Counted from the stretch's first letter, positions 1 to 7,808 are shown. The stretch: 9,262 nt of DNA from a virus (IMGVR_UViG_3300011226_000028), one strand, 5' to 3'. Notes: generated by a model from the letters alone, not told the origin. Numbers and translations: made by a program.

Positions 1-4
1 TCAT
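1..4 (-). CDS. Start of a leftward gene that runs off the left edge of the window (only the start codon is visible); identity unknown, possibly the next gene of the P4-like left operon
   Basis: Reverse complement of 1-21 reads TGA-AGGAGAACAACACC-ATG-A: stop of the 106-aa ORF, an AGGAG Shine-Dalgarno, about 9 nt spacer, then ATG at 4..2. Confidence 0.3.
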
Positions 5-18
5 GGTGTTGTTCTCCT

Positions 19-339
19 TCAGTGCAGTACCGGCGCTTTTATGTGACGGGCACAGAGTTCATCCATCACAACCAGCCCGAGAAAGGACAGCGACGGCGCG
101 GCCTTCAGGGGGCCGGATTCCATTAAATCTTCCAGCAGGGCACAGGCTATCTGACGCCCTTTTTCCTCACCGTGCTGGCGCAGATAAAAGCCCTCCAGCT
201 CAGCGGCGATGGCCGCCTCCAGTGATTCAAGGGTGAGATGCGGGTAGCGGTGCTGATGTTCGCACACGGTCAGCCAGGCACAGGCGACAGCACGACGGTA
301 AAGGGCTGCGCGTAAGACGGGCGGTAAGGGTGTTTTCAT
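19..339 (-). CDS. Hypothetical protein, 106 aa, in the leftward operon of the P4-like element
   Basis: ORF in the track; ATG at 339 preceded by GGGAGG about 8 nt upstream on the minus strand; GC-rich like neighbouring genes; same strand as adjacent genes. Confidence 0.6.
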   Translation of the reverse strand: MKTPLPPVLRAALYRRAVACAWLTVCEHQHRYPHLTLESLEAAIAAELEGFYLRQHGEEKGRQIACALLEDLMESGPLKAAPSLSFLGLVVMDELCARHIKAPVLH

Positions 340-474
340 TTGCTTTCCTCCCTGTGACAGATGACTGCATTCCGTGCCGGTTGCATTAACTGATAAGGCA
401 TATCTGCGTCTCCTGAAGACGTGCGTATCCCTGCGCGAATACGCACATTTAATTTTTCGGGTGTCGTTTTTTAA

Positions 475-930
475 TTACAGATAATTGCGGTAACTGTTAT
501 CCGGGGTGGTTTCCGGGTCAGGCTCCATGCGGGGAATTTCCCGCCATTCCCGCGCCACCGGTGCCGCCCGGCTGGCCGGAACAGTGTCCTGCGGGTAAAT
601 ATCCAGATATTTCTCCCGCCATTTCTGTAATTCCGGGTCTCCGGCCATTTCTTTCAGTACCGCATGCCGGTTTACGGGGCTGCGTTTGAACAGGTCAGGA
701 CGGTCACAGGTAAATTCCCGCAGAAAACGCCCCAGCGGGATGTCTGTGGTGCGCCCGTCAGCGAGGATACGCACAAGGATACTGAATTTACGGCGGTACG
801 GGTTCCAGACAATGTCCGGGCAGCGGTACGGCATTTCCCACGGAATACCGTCTTCCAGAATGCCGACCACGGCCACATCGGGAAAACCGGCAGAACGGTA
901 AATCTCACCGGGCTGGGGAAAATCAAACAT
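475..930 (-). CDS. Hypothetical protein, 151 aa, in the leftward operon
   Basis: ORF in the track; its ATG (930..928) overlaps the stop of the upstream 95-aa ORF in an ATGTTTGA arrangement, suggesting translational coupling. Confidence 0.6.
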   Translation of the reverse strand: MFDFPQPGEIYRSAGFPDVAVVGILEDGIPWEMPYRCPDIVWNPYRRKFSILVRILADGRTTDIPLGRFLREFTCDRPDLFKRSPVNRHAVLKEMAGDPELQKWREKYLDIYPQDTVPASRAAPVAREWREIPRMEPDPETTPDNSYRNYL

Positions 931-1210
931 GCGTCCTGTCTCCCCGGTCTTTCTGCTGGGCGAGAAAATCGCGGCACAGGCCTTTGGCTTTCAGCTCATT
1001 CAGCACAAAATCAATATCTTCATTCAGGTAGCTGAAAATATGCGGAATGTAGAGCTGATGCAGGCCGGAGAGTTCACGGTGAATCAAATCACCCCCAACA
1101 AACTGGGATACGGCGCTGGCGCGGTTGAGCTTATGGTAAGCCTCAATGCTGAGGTGTTCACGGGCGTCATGACGCGCTGAGACGGTCTGAGGGGCTTTTT
1201 TATTACGCAC
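923..1210 (-). CDS. Hypothetical small protein, about 95 aa, probable GTG start
   Basis: Minus-strand frame [40 protein letters not shown]...; GTG at 1210..1208 preceded by GGAGG with a 6-nt spacer; this start overlaps the stop of the upstream 65-aa ORF. Start is inferred, no ATG available in frame. Confidence 0.45.
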   Translation of the reverse strand: MRNKKAPQTVSARHDAREHLSIEAYHKLNRASAVSQFVGGDLIHRELSGLHQLYIPHIFSYLNEDIDFVLNELKAKGLCRDFLAQQKDRGDRTHV

Positions 1211-1400
1211 GGGACACCTCCACCACCGGCAGACGGGCAGCAAGGGAGAGCACATAGTCACGGACAAGGGAACGGCGGGCACTGCGTTCATCACCGGCGA
1301 CGGTGCGAAGCATGCAGATACGGGGATGACGGTCTGCGCGACGGACAGCCGCAAACACAAAGACAAATTCAGGGTGTGAAGGGGTAAGGGTTGTAGCCAT
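1203..1400 (-). CDS. Hypothetical small protein, about 65 aa ([12 protein letters not shown]...VVEVSRA)
   Basis: Internal ATG (1400..1398) of the 211-aa track ORF, preceded by AAGGAGA about 8 nt upstream; stop TAA at 1205..1203 overlaps the GTG of the next gene. The longer 211-aa version is rejected. Confidence 0.35.
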   Translation of the reverse strand: MATTLTPSHPEFVFVFAAVRRADRHPRICMLRTVAGDERSARRSLVRDYVLSLAARLPVVEVSRA

Positions 1401-1789
1401 AAGGCAGTCTCCTTCGAGTAGCAAATAACTGCTATCGCCGGAGTTCTCACGCTCGATGGCGATAGCCCAGACGGGGGTGAGAATACCGGCCTCGAAGAAT
1501 ACCGGCCAGCCCGGAGGCTGCCCCGCCTGAGCTACCATTGACTCAGTGGCATAACATGCGATTGCGAACAGGATCATACCTGCACGGCAAACCACACGCC
1601 ACACCATAATCTGGCGCTCTGTGGCGTTGATTGCGACACAAAAAAAGACGCATGGCGCGTCATATGTCGCCTTCGAGTTACACGGGTTCTCACGCCCGGC
1701 TGCCGATTTTGCGGCAGCGGAAAAACTATATCCGCAAATGCCGGAAAAAGGCAAGCCAGAAAAAGGGAGTTTTTGCAGAGCGGGCATCA

Positions 1790-2056
1790 TCATGCGTCGT
1801 ACCCCCGTTTGCGTCCGGCAATGCGCCCGGCCATCCATGCGGTGATTTCAGAGTGCAGCCAGGCCACATTTTTACCGCCAAGACTCACCTGCGGCGGAAA
1901 TTCCCCCTTACGGATGAGTTCATAGATGGTCGAGCGTGACAGGCCGCACAGGTGCATCACTTCCGGCAGACGTAAAAAACGCTCCTGCGTGATGTCCGGC
2001 AGCGGCATCAGTGGCGTCACAGGGGCAGGAGACGGGGAAGAAAAAACAGCTTGCAT
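1790..2056 (-). CDS. vis: AlpA/Vis-family small DNA-binding regulator (P4 Vis-like excision/regulatory protein), 88 aa
   Basis: Motif [27 protein letters not shown] is typical of AlpA-family helix-turn-helix prophage regulators; 88 aa as I recall for P4 Vis (orf88); GAGG Shine-Dalgarno about 8 nt upstream; position at the head of the leftward operon, divergent from sid. Confidence 0.7.
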   Translation of the reverse strand: MQAVFSSPSPAPVTPLMPLPDITQERFLRLPEVMHLCGLSRSTIYELIRKGEFPPQVSLGGKNVAWLHSEITAWMAGRIAGRKRGYDA

Positions 2057-2093
2057 CGGGCTACCTCGTTAATGTCCATACAGCACCGGATAA

Positions 2094-2103
2094 NNNNNNN
2101 NNN
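2094..2103. other. Run of 10 N (unknown or masked bases) in the intergenic region upstream of the vis-like gene
   Basis: Literal n characters in the sequence. Confidence 1.
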
Positions 2104-2324
2104 CGCTTTATTTTGTGAATATTTTCAGCAGACGCAACAGGGGGGATTTGTTCCGGTAGCCTTACAATGGCTGTGTGTTTTTTATCCATCTGGACTGGAA
2201 GGGTCTCAAAGGGTTCTGAAGGACCTGGAATTTTTTATAGTGAAATACAAATTGTTTTTTCTTATTTATTTCAGTGAATTAATAAAAATAAAAAGTAATA
2301 AACAGCACAAAAAGTCCATGAGCG

Positions 2325-2429
2325 GGTGAACAGTGGTGAACAGACGGTGAACAGTCATTACTGCGATTGTTCACCCTTTAACTTACTGTATTACTTATCT
2401 TTTTTATTAAGGTGAACAGAGGTGAACAG
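2325..2429. repeat. Iteron cluster resembling the P4 crr/ori-type alpha-protein binding repeats (octamer TGTTCACC)
   Basis: GGTGAACAG (reverse complement CTGTTCACC) occurs five times directly (2325-2333, 2335-2343, 2346-2354, 2411-2419, 2421-2429), plus one inverted copy TGTTCACC at 2368-2375; flanked by very AT-rich DNA (2200-2320, 2380-2460). Confidence 0.6.
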
Positions 2430-2508
2430 TAAAATATAAAAAAAACAAACAGTAAGCCGGTTTTTCCTGCGACCTTTTCCTGGCTTGCCGGTCTGAGGAT
2501 GAGTCTCC

Positions 2509-2526
2509 TGTGTCAGGGCTGGCACA
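2509..2526 (+). promoter_or_regulatory. Putative late promoter activator site (TGT-N12-ACA dyad) of the sid promoter
   Basis: TGT gtcagggctggc ACA at 2509-2526, about 80 bp upstream of the sid ATG, consistent with the P2/P4 late-promoter element bound by Ogr/Delta and centred near -55. Confidence 0.5.
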
Positions 2527-2598
2527 TCTGCAATGCGTCGTGTTGCTGTCCGGTGTACGTCACAATTTTCTCAACCTGAAGTGACGAGGAGCCGGAAA

Positions 2599-3333
2599 AT
2601 GTCTGACAACACCATCCCTGAATATCTGCAACCCGCACTGGCACAACTGGAAAAGGCCAGAGCCGCCCACCTTGAGAACGCCCGCCTGATGGATGAGACC
2701 GTCACGGCCATTGAACGGGCAGAGCAGGAAAAAAATGCGCTGACGCAGGCCGACGGAAACGACGCTGACGACTGGCGCACGGCCTTTCGTGCAGCCGGTG
2801 GTGTCCTGAGCGACGAGCTGAAACAGCGCCACATTGAGCGCGTGGCACGCCGGGAGCTGGTACAGGAATATGACAATCTGGCCGTGGTGCTGAATTTTGA
2901 ACGCGAACGCCTGAAAGGGGCGTGTGACAGCACGGCCACCGCCTACCGGAAGGCACATCATCACCTTCTGAGTCTGTATGCAGAGCATGAGCTGGAACAC
3001 GCCCTGAATGAAACCTGTGAGGCGCTTGTCCGGGCAATGCATCTGAGCATTCTGGTACAGGAAAATCCGCTCGCCAACACCACCGGCCATCAGGGCTACG
3101 TCGCACCGGAAAAGGCTGTCATGCAGCAGGTGAAATCATCGCTGGAACAGAAAATTAAACAGATGCAAATCAGCCTCACCGGCGAGCCGGTTCTCCGGCT
3201 GACCGGACTGTCAGTGGCAACACTCCCGCACATGGATTATGAGGTGACAGGCACACCGGCACAGCGCAAGGTGTGGCAGGACAAAATAGACCAGCAGGGA
3301 GCAGAGCTGAAGGCCAGAGGACTGCTGTCATGA
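2599..3333 (+). CDS. sid: P4 Sid-like external capsid size-determination scaffold protein, 244 aa
   Basis: ATG at 2599 with GAGGA about 9 nt upstream (the track ORF starts earlier at 2533); MSDNTIPEYLQPALAQLEKARAAH...; position immediately upstream of delta and psu in the conserved sid-delta-psu order; stop overlaps the delta start (ATGA). Confidence 0.8.
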   Translation: MSDNTIPEYLQPALAQLEKARAAHLENARLMDETVTAIERAEQEKNALTQADGNDADDWRTAFRAAGGVLSDELKQRHIERVARRELVQEYDNLAVVLNFERERLKGACDSTATAYRKAHHHLLSLYAEHELEHALNETCEALVRAMHLSILVQENPLANTTGHQGYVAPEKAVMQQVKSSLEQKIKQMQISLTGEPVLRLTGLSVATLPHMDYEVTGTPAQRKVWQDKIDQQGAELKARGLLS

Positions 3334-3830
3334 TTTACTGCCCGTCGTGTGGACATGTTGCTCACACCCGTCGCGCACATTTCATGGACGATGGCACCAA
3401 GATAATGATTGCACAGTGCCGGAATATTTATTGCTCTGCGACATTTGAAGCGAGTGAAAGCTTTTTCTCTGACTGTAAAGATTCAGGAATGGAATACATT
3501 TCAGGCAAACAGAGATACCGCGATTCACTGACGTCAGCCTCCGGCAGTATGAAACGCCCGAAAAGAATGCTTGTTACCGGATATTGTTGTCGGAGATGTA
3601 AAGGCCTTGCACTGTCAAGAACATCGCGGCGTCTGTCTCAGGAAGTCACCGAACGTTTTTATGTGTGCACGGATCCGGGCTGTGGTCTGGTGTTTAAAAC
3701 GCTTCAGACCATCAACCGCTTCATTGTCCGCCCGGTCACACCGGACGAACTGGCAGAATGCCTGCATGAAAAACAGGAACTGCCGCCAGTACGGTTAAAA
3801 ACACAATCATATTCGCTGCGTCTGGAATGA
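3330..3830 (+). CDS. delta: P4 Delta-like late transcription activator (two tandem Ogr-type zinc-finger domains), 166 aa
   Basis: Begins MIYCPSCGHVAHTRRAHF... (Ogr-like Cys cluster) and contains a second copy ...YCCRRCKGLALSRTSRRL...YVCTDPGCG; ATG overlaps the sid stop; lies between sid and psu. Confidence 0.8.
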   Translation: MIYCPSCGHVAHTRRAHFMDDGTKIMIAQCRNIYCSATFEASESFFSDCKDSGMEYISGKQRYRDSLTSASGSMKRPKRMLVTGYCCRRCKGLALSRTSRRLSQEVTERFYVCTDPGCGLVFKTLQTINRFIVRPVTPDELAECLHEKQELPPVRLKTQSYSLRLE

Positions 3831-3903
3831 GGGCTGCCGGTTAACACCGGCCGTCGCCGCACACCGTATTTTTATTCTTCAGCATGATGAGAAAGAGATA
3901 ACG

Positions 3904-4139
3904 ATGGAAAGCACAGCCTTACAGCAGGCCTTTGACACCTGTCAGAATAACAAAGCAGCATGGCTGCAACGCAAAAATGAGCTGGCAGCGGCCGAACAGG
4001 AATACCTGCGGCTTCTGTCAGGAGAAGGCAGAAACGTCAGTCGCCTGGACGAATTACGCAATATTATCGAAGTCAGAAAATGGCAGGTGAATCAGGCCGC
4101 CAGTCGTTATATTCGTTCGCATGAAGCCGTTCAGCACAT
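3904..4139 (+). pseudogene. psu: psu (P4 polarity suppression / capsid decoration, Rho inhibitor), 5' fragment interrupted by IS3
   Basis: MESTALQQAFDTCQNNKAAWLQRKNELAAAEQEY...HEAVQHI then runs directly into the IS3 terminal inverted repeat at 4140. Confidence 0.8.
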
Positions 4140-4169
4140 TGATCCTACCCACGTAATATGGACACAGGC

Positions 4170-5036
4170 CTAAGCGAGGTTCTGGTTTTCAAATTGTTCC
4201 GGACTGAGGCCGCCACACCAACTGTGCCGCCGCCACCGATTGTAATCACATTCGATATAATTAAACACCGTTGCCCGCATTATTTCCCGGCTGATAAAGT
4301 GTTCTCCATGGATACATTCCACTTTCAGCGAATGAAAGAAGCTTTCCACGCAGGCATTATCGTAGCAGCAACCTTTTGCGCTCATACTTCCACGCAGATT
4401 ATGCCGCTTCAGTTGCGCCTGATAATCTGCTGAACAGTACTGGCCTCCACGGTCCGTGTGAACGATAACGTTCCGGGGCCTCTTACGCCGCCACAGCGCC
4501 ATCTGCAGGGCATCGCAGGCCAGTTGCGCCGTCATGCGTGGCGACATTGACCAGCCAATAACGGCACGTGACCACAGGTCAATGACCACTGCCAGATACA
4601 GCCAGCCTTCATCTGTACGTAAGTACGTGATGTCTCCTGCCCACTTCTGGTTCGGGCCACTGGCGTAAAAATCCTGCTCCAACAGATTTTCTGACACAGG
4701 CAGGCCGTGTGCGCGGTAGCTGACCGGGCTGAACTTCCGGGAGGCCTTTGCCCTCAGTCCCTGACGGCGCAGGCTTGCCGCCACGGTTTTTACGTTAAAG
4801 GGGTAACCCTGAGCACGCAGTTCATCCGTCAGGCGTGGGGCACCGTAACGCTGTTTTGACCGGGTAAAAGCCGCGAGGACAACGCTGTCGCAGTGTTGGC
4901 GGAACTGCTGACGCGTGCTTATCCTTGTCCGCCGCTGACACCACGTATACCAGCCGCTGCGGGCCACCCGGAGCACGCGGCACATTGCTTTGATGCTGAA
5001 CTCAGCCTGATGTTTTTCAATAAAGACATACTTCAT
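4170..5036 (-). CDS. insF: IS3 OrfB (DDE transposase catalytic component; normally made as an OrfAB fusion by -1 frameshifting)
   Basis: 288-aa ORF with DDE-type motifs ([27 protein letters not shown]); overlaps orfA in the -1 frame as in the IS3 family. Confidence 0.85.
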   Translation of the reverse strand: MKYVFIEKHQAEFSIKAMCRVLRVARSGWYTWCQRRTRISTRQQFRQHCDSVVLAAFTRSKQRYGAPRLTDELRAQGYPFNVKTVAASLRRQGLRAKASRKFSPVSYRAHGLPVSENLLEQDFYASGPNQKWAGDITYLRTDEGWLYLAVVIDLWSRAVIGWSMSPRMTAQLACDALQMALWRRKRPRNVIVHTDRGGQYCSADYQAQLKRHNLRGSMSAKGCCYDNACVESFFHSLKVECIHGEHFISREIMRATVFNYIECDYNRWRRHSWCGGLSPEQFENQNLA

Positions 5037-5341
5037 TTCAGGCGCTTCGCGAAGTATGTCGCGGCCTTTTGGAGGATAGCCAGCTCTTCATCCCGTTCTG
5101 CCAGCTGGCGTTTGAGACGTGCAATCTCGGTAGACATCTCCAGTTCACGTTCAGAAGACGTCTGCTGATTTTGCTGTTTACTGCGCCAGTTGTAGAGCTG
5201 TGATTCATACAGGCTGAGTTCACGGGCTGCGGCAGTAACACCGATGCGTTCAGCAAGCTTCAGGGCTTCACTGCGAAATTCAGGCGAATGCTGTTTACGG
5301 GGTTTTTTACTGGTTGATACTGTTTTTGTCATGTGAGTCAC
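5033..5341 (-). CDS. insE: IS3 OrfA (helix-turn-helix transposase N-terminal component)
   Basis: [52 protein letters not shown]... matches IS3 OrfA as I recall it; leucine-zipper-like C-terminus; stop overlaps the orfB ATG (ATGA). Confidence 0.85.
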   Translation of the reverse strand: MTHMTKTVSTSKKPRKQHSPEFRSEALKLAERIGVTAAARELSLYESQLYNWRSKQQNQQTSSERELEMSTEIARLKRQLAERDEELAILQKAATYFAKRLK

Positions 5342-5396
5342 CTCTGACTGAGAGTTTACTCACTTAGCCGCGTGTCCACTATTGCTGGGTAAGATC

Positions 5397-5737
5397 ACAT
5401 CAGCATCCGCGACCGGCTGAATGATTTTATGCAGCAGCACGGCACAGTACTGGCGGCCGCACTGGCACCGGAGCTGATGGGCTACAGTGAGCTGACGGCC
5501 ATTGCCCGAAACTGTGCCATACAGCGTGCCACAGATGCCCTGCGTGAAGCCCTCCTGTCCTGGCTTGCGAAGGGGGAAAAAATTAATTATTCCGCACAGG
5601 ATAGCGACATTTTAACGACCATCGGATTCAGGCCTGACGCGGCTTCGGTGGATGACAGCCGTGAAAAATTCACCCCTGCGCAGAACATGATTTTTTCGCG
5701 TAAAAGTGCGCAACTGGCATCACGTCAGTCTGTGTAA
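5397..5737 (+). pseudogene. psu: psu, 3' fragment downstream of the IS3 insertion
   Basis: In-frame translation from about 5402 reads SIRDRLNDFMQQHGTVLAAALAPELMGYSELTAIARN...ASRQSV; the track ORF 5429..5737 is its ATG-initiated portion. Confidence 0.75.
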
Positions 5738-5772
5738 AATTCCCCGAAAATCCGCCTGTTTTTACTGAAAAA

Positions 5773-5799
5773 AGCCATGCATCGATAAGGTGCATGGCT
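5773..5799 (+). terminator. Putative intrinsic (possibly bidirectional) terminator hairpin downstream of psu
   Basis: Perfect 9-bp stem AGCCATGCA / TGCATGGCT with a 9-nt loop, preceded by an A run and followed by TT...GTTTT. Confidence 0.4.
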
Positions 5800-5901
5800 T
5801 TGCATGCGTTTTCCTGCCTCATTTTCTGCAGACCGCGCCATTCCCGGCGCGGCCTGAGCGTGTCAGTGCAACTGCATTAAAACCGCCCCACAAAGCGGGC
5901 G

Positions 5902-5920
5902 GGCGAGGCGGGGAAAGCAC
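5902..5920. other. P2/P4-type cos site (19-nt cohesive-end sequence)
   Basis: GGCGAGGCGGGGAAAGCAC matches the P2/P4 cohesive-end sequence as I recall it; GC-rich context, located just past psu as in P4. Confidence 0.6.
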
Positions 5921-6016
5921 TGCGCGCAAAAGGGGGGGCTATTAAATTTTTCTCTGGCTTGATGAATGATAACCAAACCAGAGAGGGCATGAGCTTTACG
6001 GAGTTTTATCAAGTAA

Positions 6017-7779
6017 TTATTGCGATGCGTCTTCTTTTAAAGCGATGCTTTGTTCTAAAGCTTCTTTTATGCGTTTAACGCATTCTGTTAGTTCAATTAT
6101 GGCTCCGCGTCGAAAAGAACTGTTAATTTTTTTATGATGAGCGTTTATGGCTGAATGTAGCTTCTTAAGGTATGGTAGTTCAGCAGAAAGGTAGTCCGCA
6201 AGATTTGAGAAGTTATAGAGTGATGATAGATGGTTTGAAAACAACTGAATATCGCGAATGGACCAAGTGTTTTTTATTCCATGTATGATTAGGTTTACAT
6301 CTAATGTTTCAAGTGGATTAAATTTGAATTTTGATTGATAAATATCCATATCAATAGCACTCCAACCGTTAACATTCATTTTTTCTTTCAATTCTTTTAT
6401 TTTCTCCTCCTTTATTATATCGCAATATTTATCAAGGAAGTAATTATGAAGTTCATTTCCTTCTCTCCTTAATATATGTGGTGGAATATTATCAATGTTG
6501 GGATTTGATTCTAGGAAATATTCTTTTATTTCTTCATTACTAAAGCTACGTTTGTTTTTTTCAATGGTTTTGTTGGTTAACCCTCTTATGCGAGGGATGT
6601 ATTTTGATTTTGAGAGTCTAATATAGTTGTTTGTAGCGATTAGCCAAGTAGATAGTGTCGGTGATGAAGTTTTTAGTATTACTTTTTTAATTTCATCCAA
6701 ATAATCATTTTCAGGTATATTATACCATTCCGGTTGTTTTAATGTGGCATAATCACTTTTTTTTAAAGGTTCTTGTGAATTGAATATGTATGGAATTATA
6801 TCCTTTTGAGATATCTCATTAAAACAATATGGAACCATTAAGTTGTTATAAGTCATATGAGCAGTGATATTTAAAAGGTTACTCTCTTCTTCGCTTATTT
6901 TATCTGGATCATTCTCAGATGAAGTCGTAAGTGTTTTGAAAGAAGATGTGATATAATTATGATGAAAATCATTCTCTTGATATGAAAATTTCTCTTTTAG
7001 TATTATATGAGCACAAAGTGAAGTGACTAGGTTTTTGATGTCTATATCAGAGATTTTTTGCTCAGGTTCTTGTTTTTCAAAAAGAGGTGTCAATTTTGAA
7101 ATTACTCTATTAATAATTCGTAGGTTTGTTTCTTCGAACCCAATAATAACCTGAGTGATTAAATATTTATGTCTCTCTTCTAATGGAGCCAGTTTTTGCT
7201 CTAATATATCGGTAAGGTTATTAATAGAGAAATATATTTCGTCGCTTACAACTTTTTCTTTATGACTTAATACCTCACTACTCTGCTTTGAAAAGTTACC
7301 CACTAAAATAAAGTCTAACCGATTATCATTTTGATAACTTTGTAGGCAAAAGGTTGCTATTTCATCTCTCAAAGATTGAGGGATTCTTTCTAGATCATCA
7401 ATGACAAAAACNNNNNNNNNNNNNNNNNNNNNNNNNNNNNNGCACCTGAAATGGTAGATATAATTTGTTCTGTCAACTTTCCAGTGCTTTCGTCTTGGGT
7501 TAATGCTGATGCAGCGCTTGAGGTTAAATCCCCAAGTTTTTTTATCTCTGAAGGGGTGTTTAGATACGTTATGCTTAGCATTCTATCTTTAAAATCTTGT
7601 AAACTGTTTAACCCAAGAACAGACAAATAAAAATGACTCGTATCTGAATAAAGTGTTCTAAATTCAGTTCGAAGGAAATATGTCTTACCTACACCCCATT
7701 CCCCATTTATTAATATCAGACCATCACGTTTCTCTTTCAATATACGAATCAATATAGATACTATAGTACCTTTGGTCAT
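6017..7779 (-). CDS. KAP-family P-loop NTPase, about 587 codons, interrupted by a 30-nt N run; candidate anti-phage defence cargo gene
   Basis: Walker A in the KAP-characteristic form GEWGVGKT (N-terminal ORF 7390..7779) and Walker B-like VFVIDDLER just downstream of the gap (extension of ORF 6017..7372); AGGAG with a 5-nt spacer before the ATG at 7779; strongly AT-rich (about 25% GC in a spot count) compared with flanking genes. Confidence 0.7.
7412..7441. other. Run of 30 N (unknown or masked bases) inside the KAP NTPase gene
   Basis: Literal n characters; the reading frames on the two sides differ by one position, so the true gap length is probably not 30 nt. Confidence 1.
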
Positions 7780-7808
7780 AAAAAGCTCCTTTCAAAATTC
7801 CATTATGA

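Larger units (their letters stand above)
4140..5396 (-). mobile_element. IS3 (IS3 family), complete copy inserted in psu
   Basis: Terminal inverted repeats TGATCCTACCCACGTAATATGGACAC (4140-) and, on the other strand, TGATCTTACCCAGCAATAGTGGACAC (ending 5396); encloses orfA and orfB with a DDE transposase; CAT at 4137-4139 and 5397-5399 is a possible 3-bp target duplication. Confidence 0.9.

Noticed and set aside
3-1180. Plus-strand ORFs 3..236, 664..1035, 686..901 and 929..1180, and minus-strand 672..977
   Set aside because: They are antisense or alternative-frame to the better-supported minus-strand genes (106-aa, 151-aa, 95-aa), lack ribosome-binding sites and are typical shadow ORFs of GC-rich DNA.
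1203-1838. 211-aa minus-strand ORF spanning the vis-to-small-gene interval
   Set aside because: It overlaps the 3' end of the vis-like gene, has Cys/Trp-rich low-plausibility segments and lacks a convincing start. Only its last 65 codons, with a strong Shine-Dalgarno, are kept as a tentative small gene; the rest is more likely leader or regulatory RNA.
1621-1939. Plus-strand ORFs 1621..1845 and 1631..1939
   Set aside because: Antisense to the vis-like gene and its leader; basic low-complexity translations; no ribosome-binding site.
2051-2329. 92-aa plus-strand ORF crossing the 10-N run
   Set aside because: Lies in an AT-rich intergenic or promoter region, contains the unknown bases, and its translation is low-complexity.
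2325-2429. Possibility that the GGTGAACAG repeats are a CRISPR array
   Set aside because: Repeat unit is only 9 nt, spacing is irregular (1-2 nt and about 55 nt), an inverted copy is present and there is no leader or cas context. The pattern fits replication-protein iterons instead.
2560-3106. Minus-strand ORFs 2560..3090, 2571..2939 and 2702..3106
   Set aside because: Antisense to sid, which has a clear start, ribosome-binding site and operon context; shadow ORFs in GC-rich coding sequence.
3571-3798. 75-aa plus-strand ORF inside delta
   Set aside because: Alternative frame within the delta coding sequence; no independent support.
3836-3860. Short hairpin GCCGGT-taac-ACCGGC between delta and psu
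   Set aside because: Only a 6-bp stem and the T tract is about 17 nt downstream; not convincing as a terminator, and psu is expected to be co-transcribed with sid and delta.
4158-5256. ORFs 4158..4433 (+), 4893..5168 (+) and 5038..5256 (-) within IS3
   Set aside because: Antisense or alternative frames of the IS3 orfA/orfB genes.
5945-5990. Inverted repeat CTCTGG...CCAGAG downstream of the NTPase stop as its terminator
   Set aside because: A 6-bp stem with a 20-nt loop, followed on the relevant strand by an A run before any T's; too weak to call a terminator.
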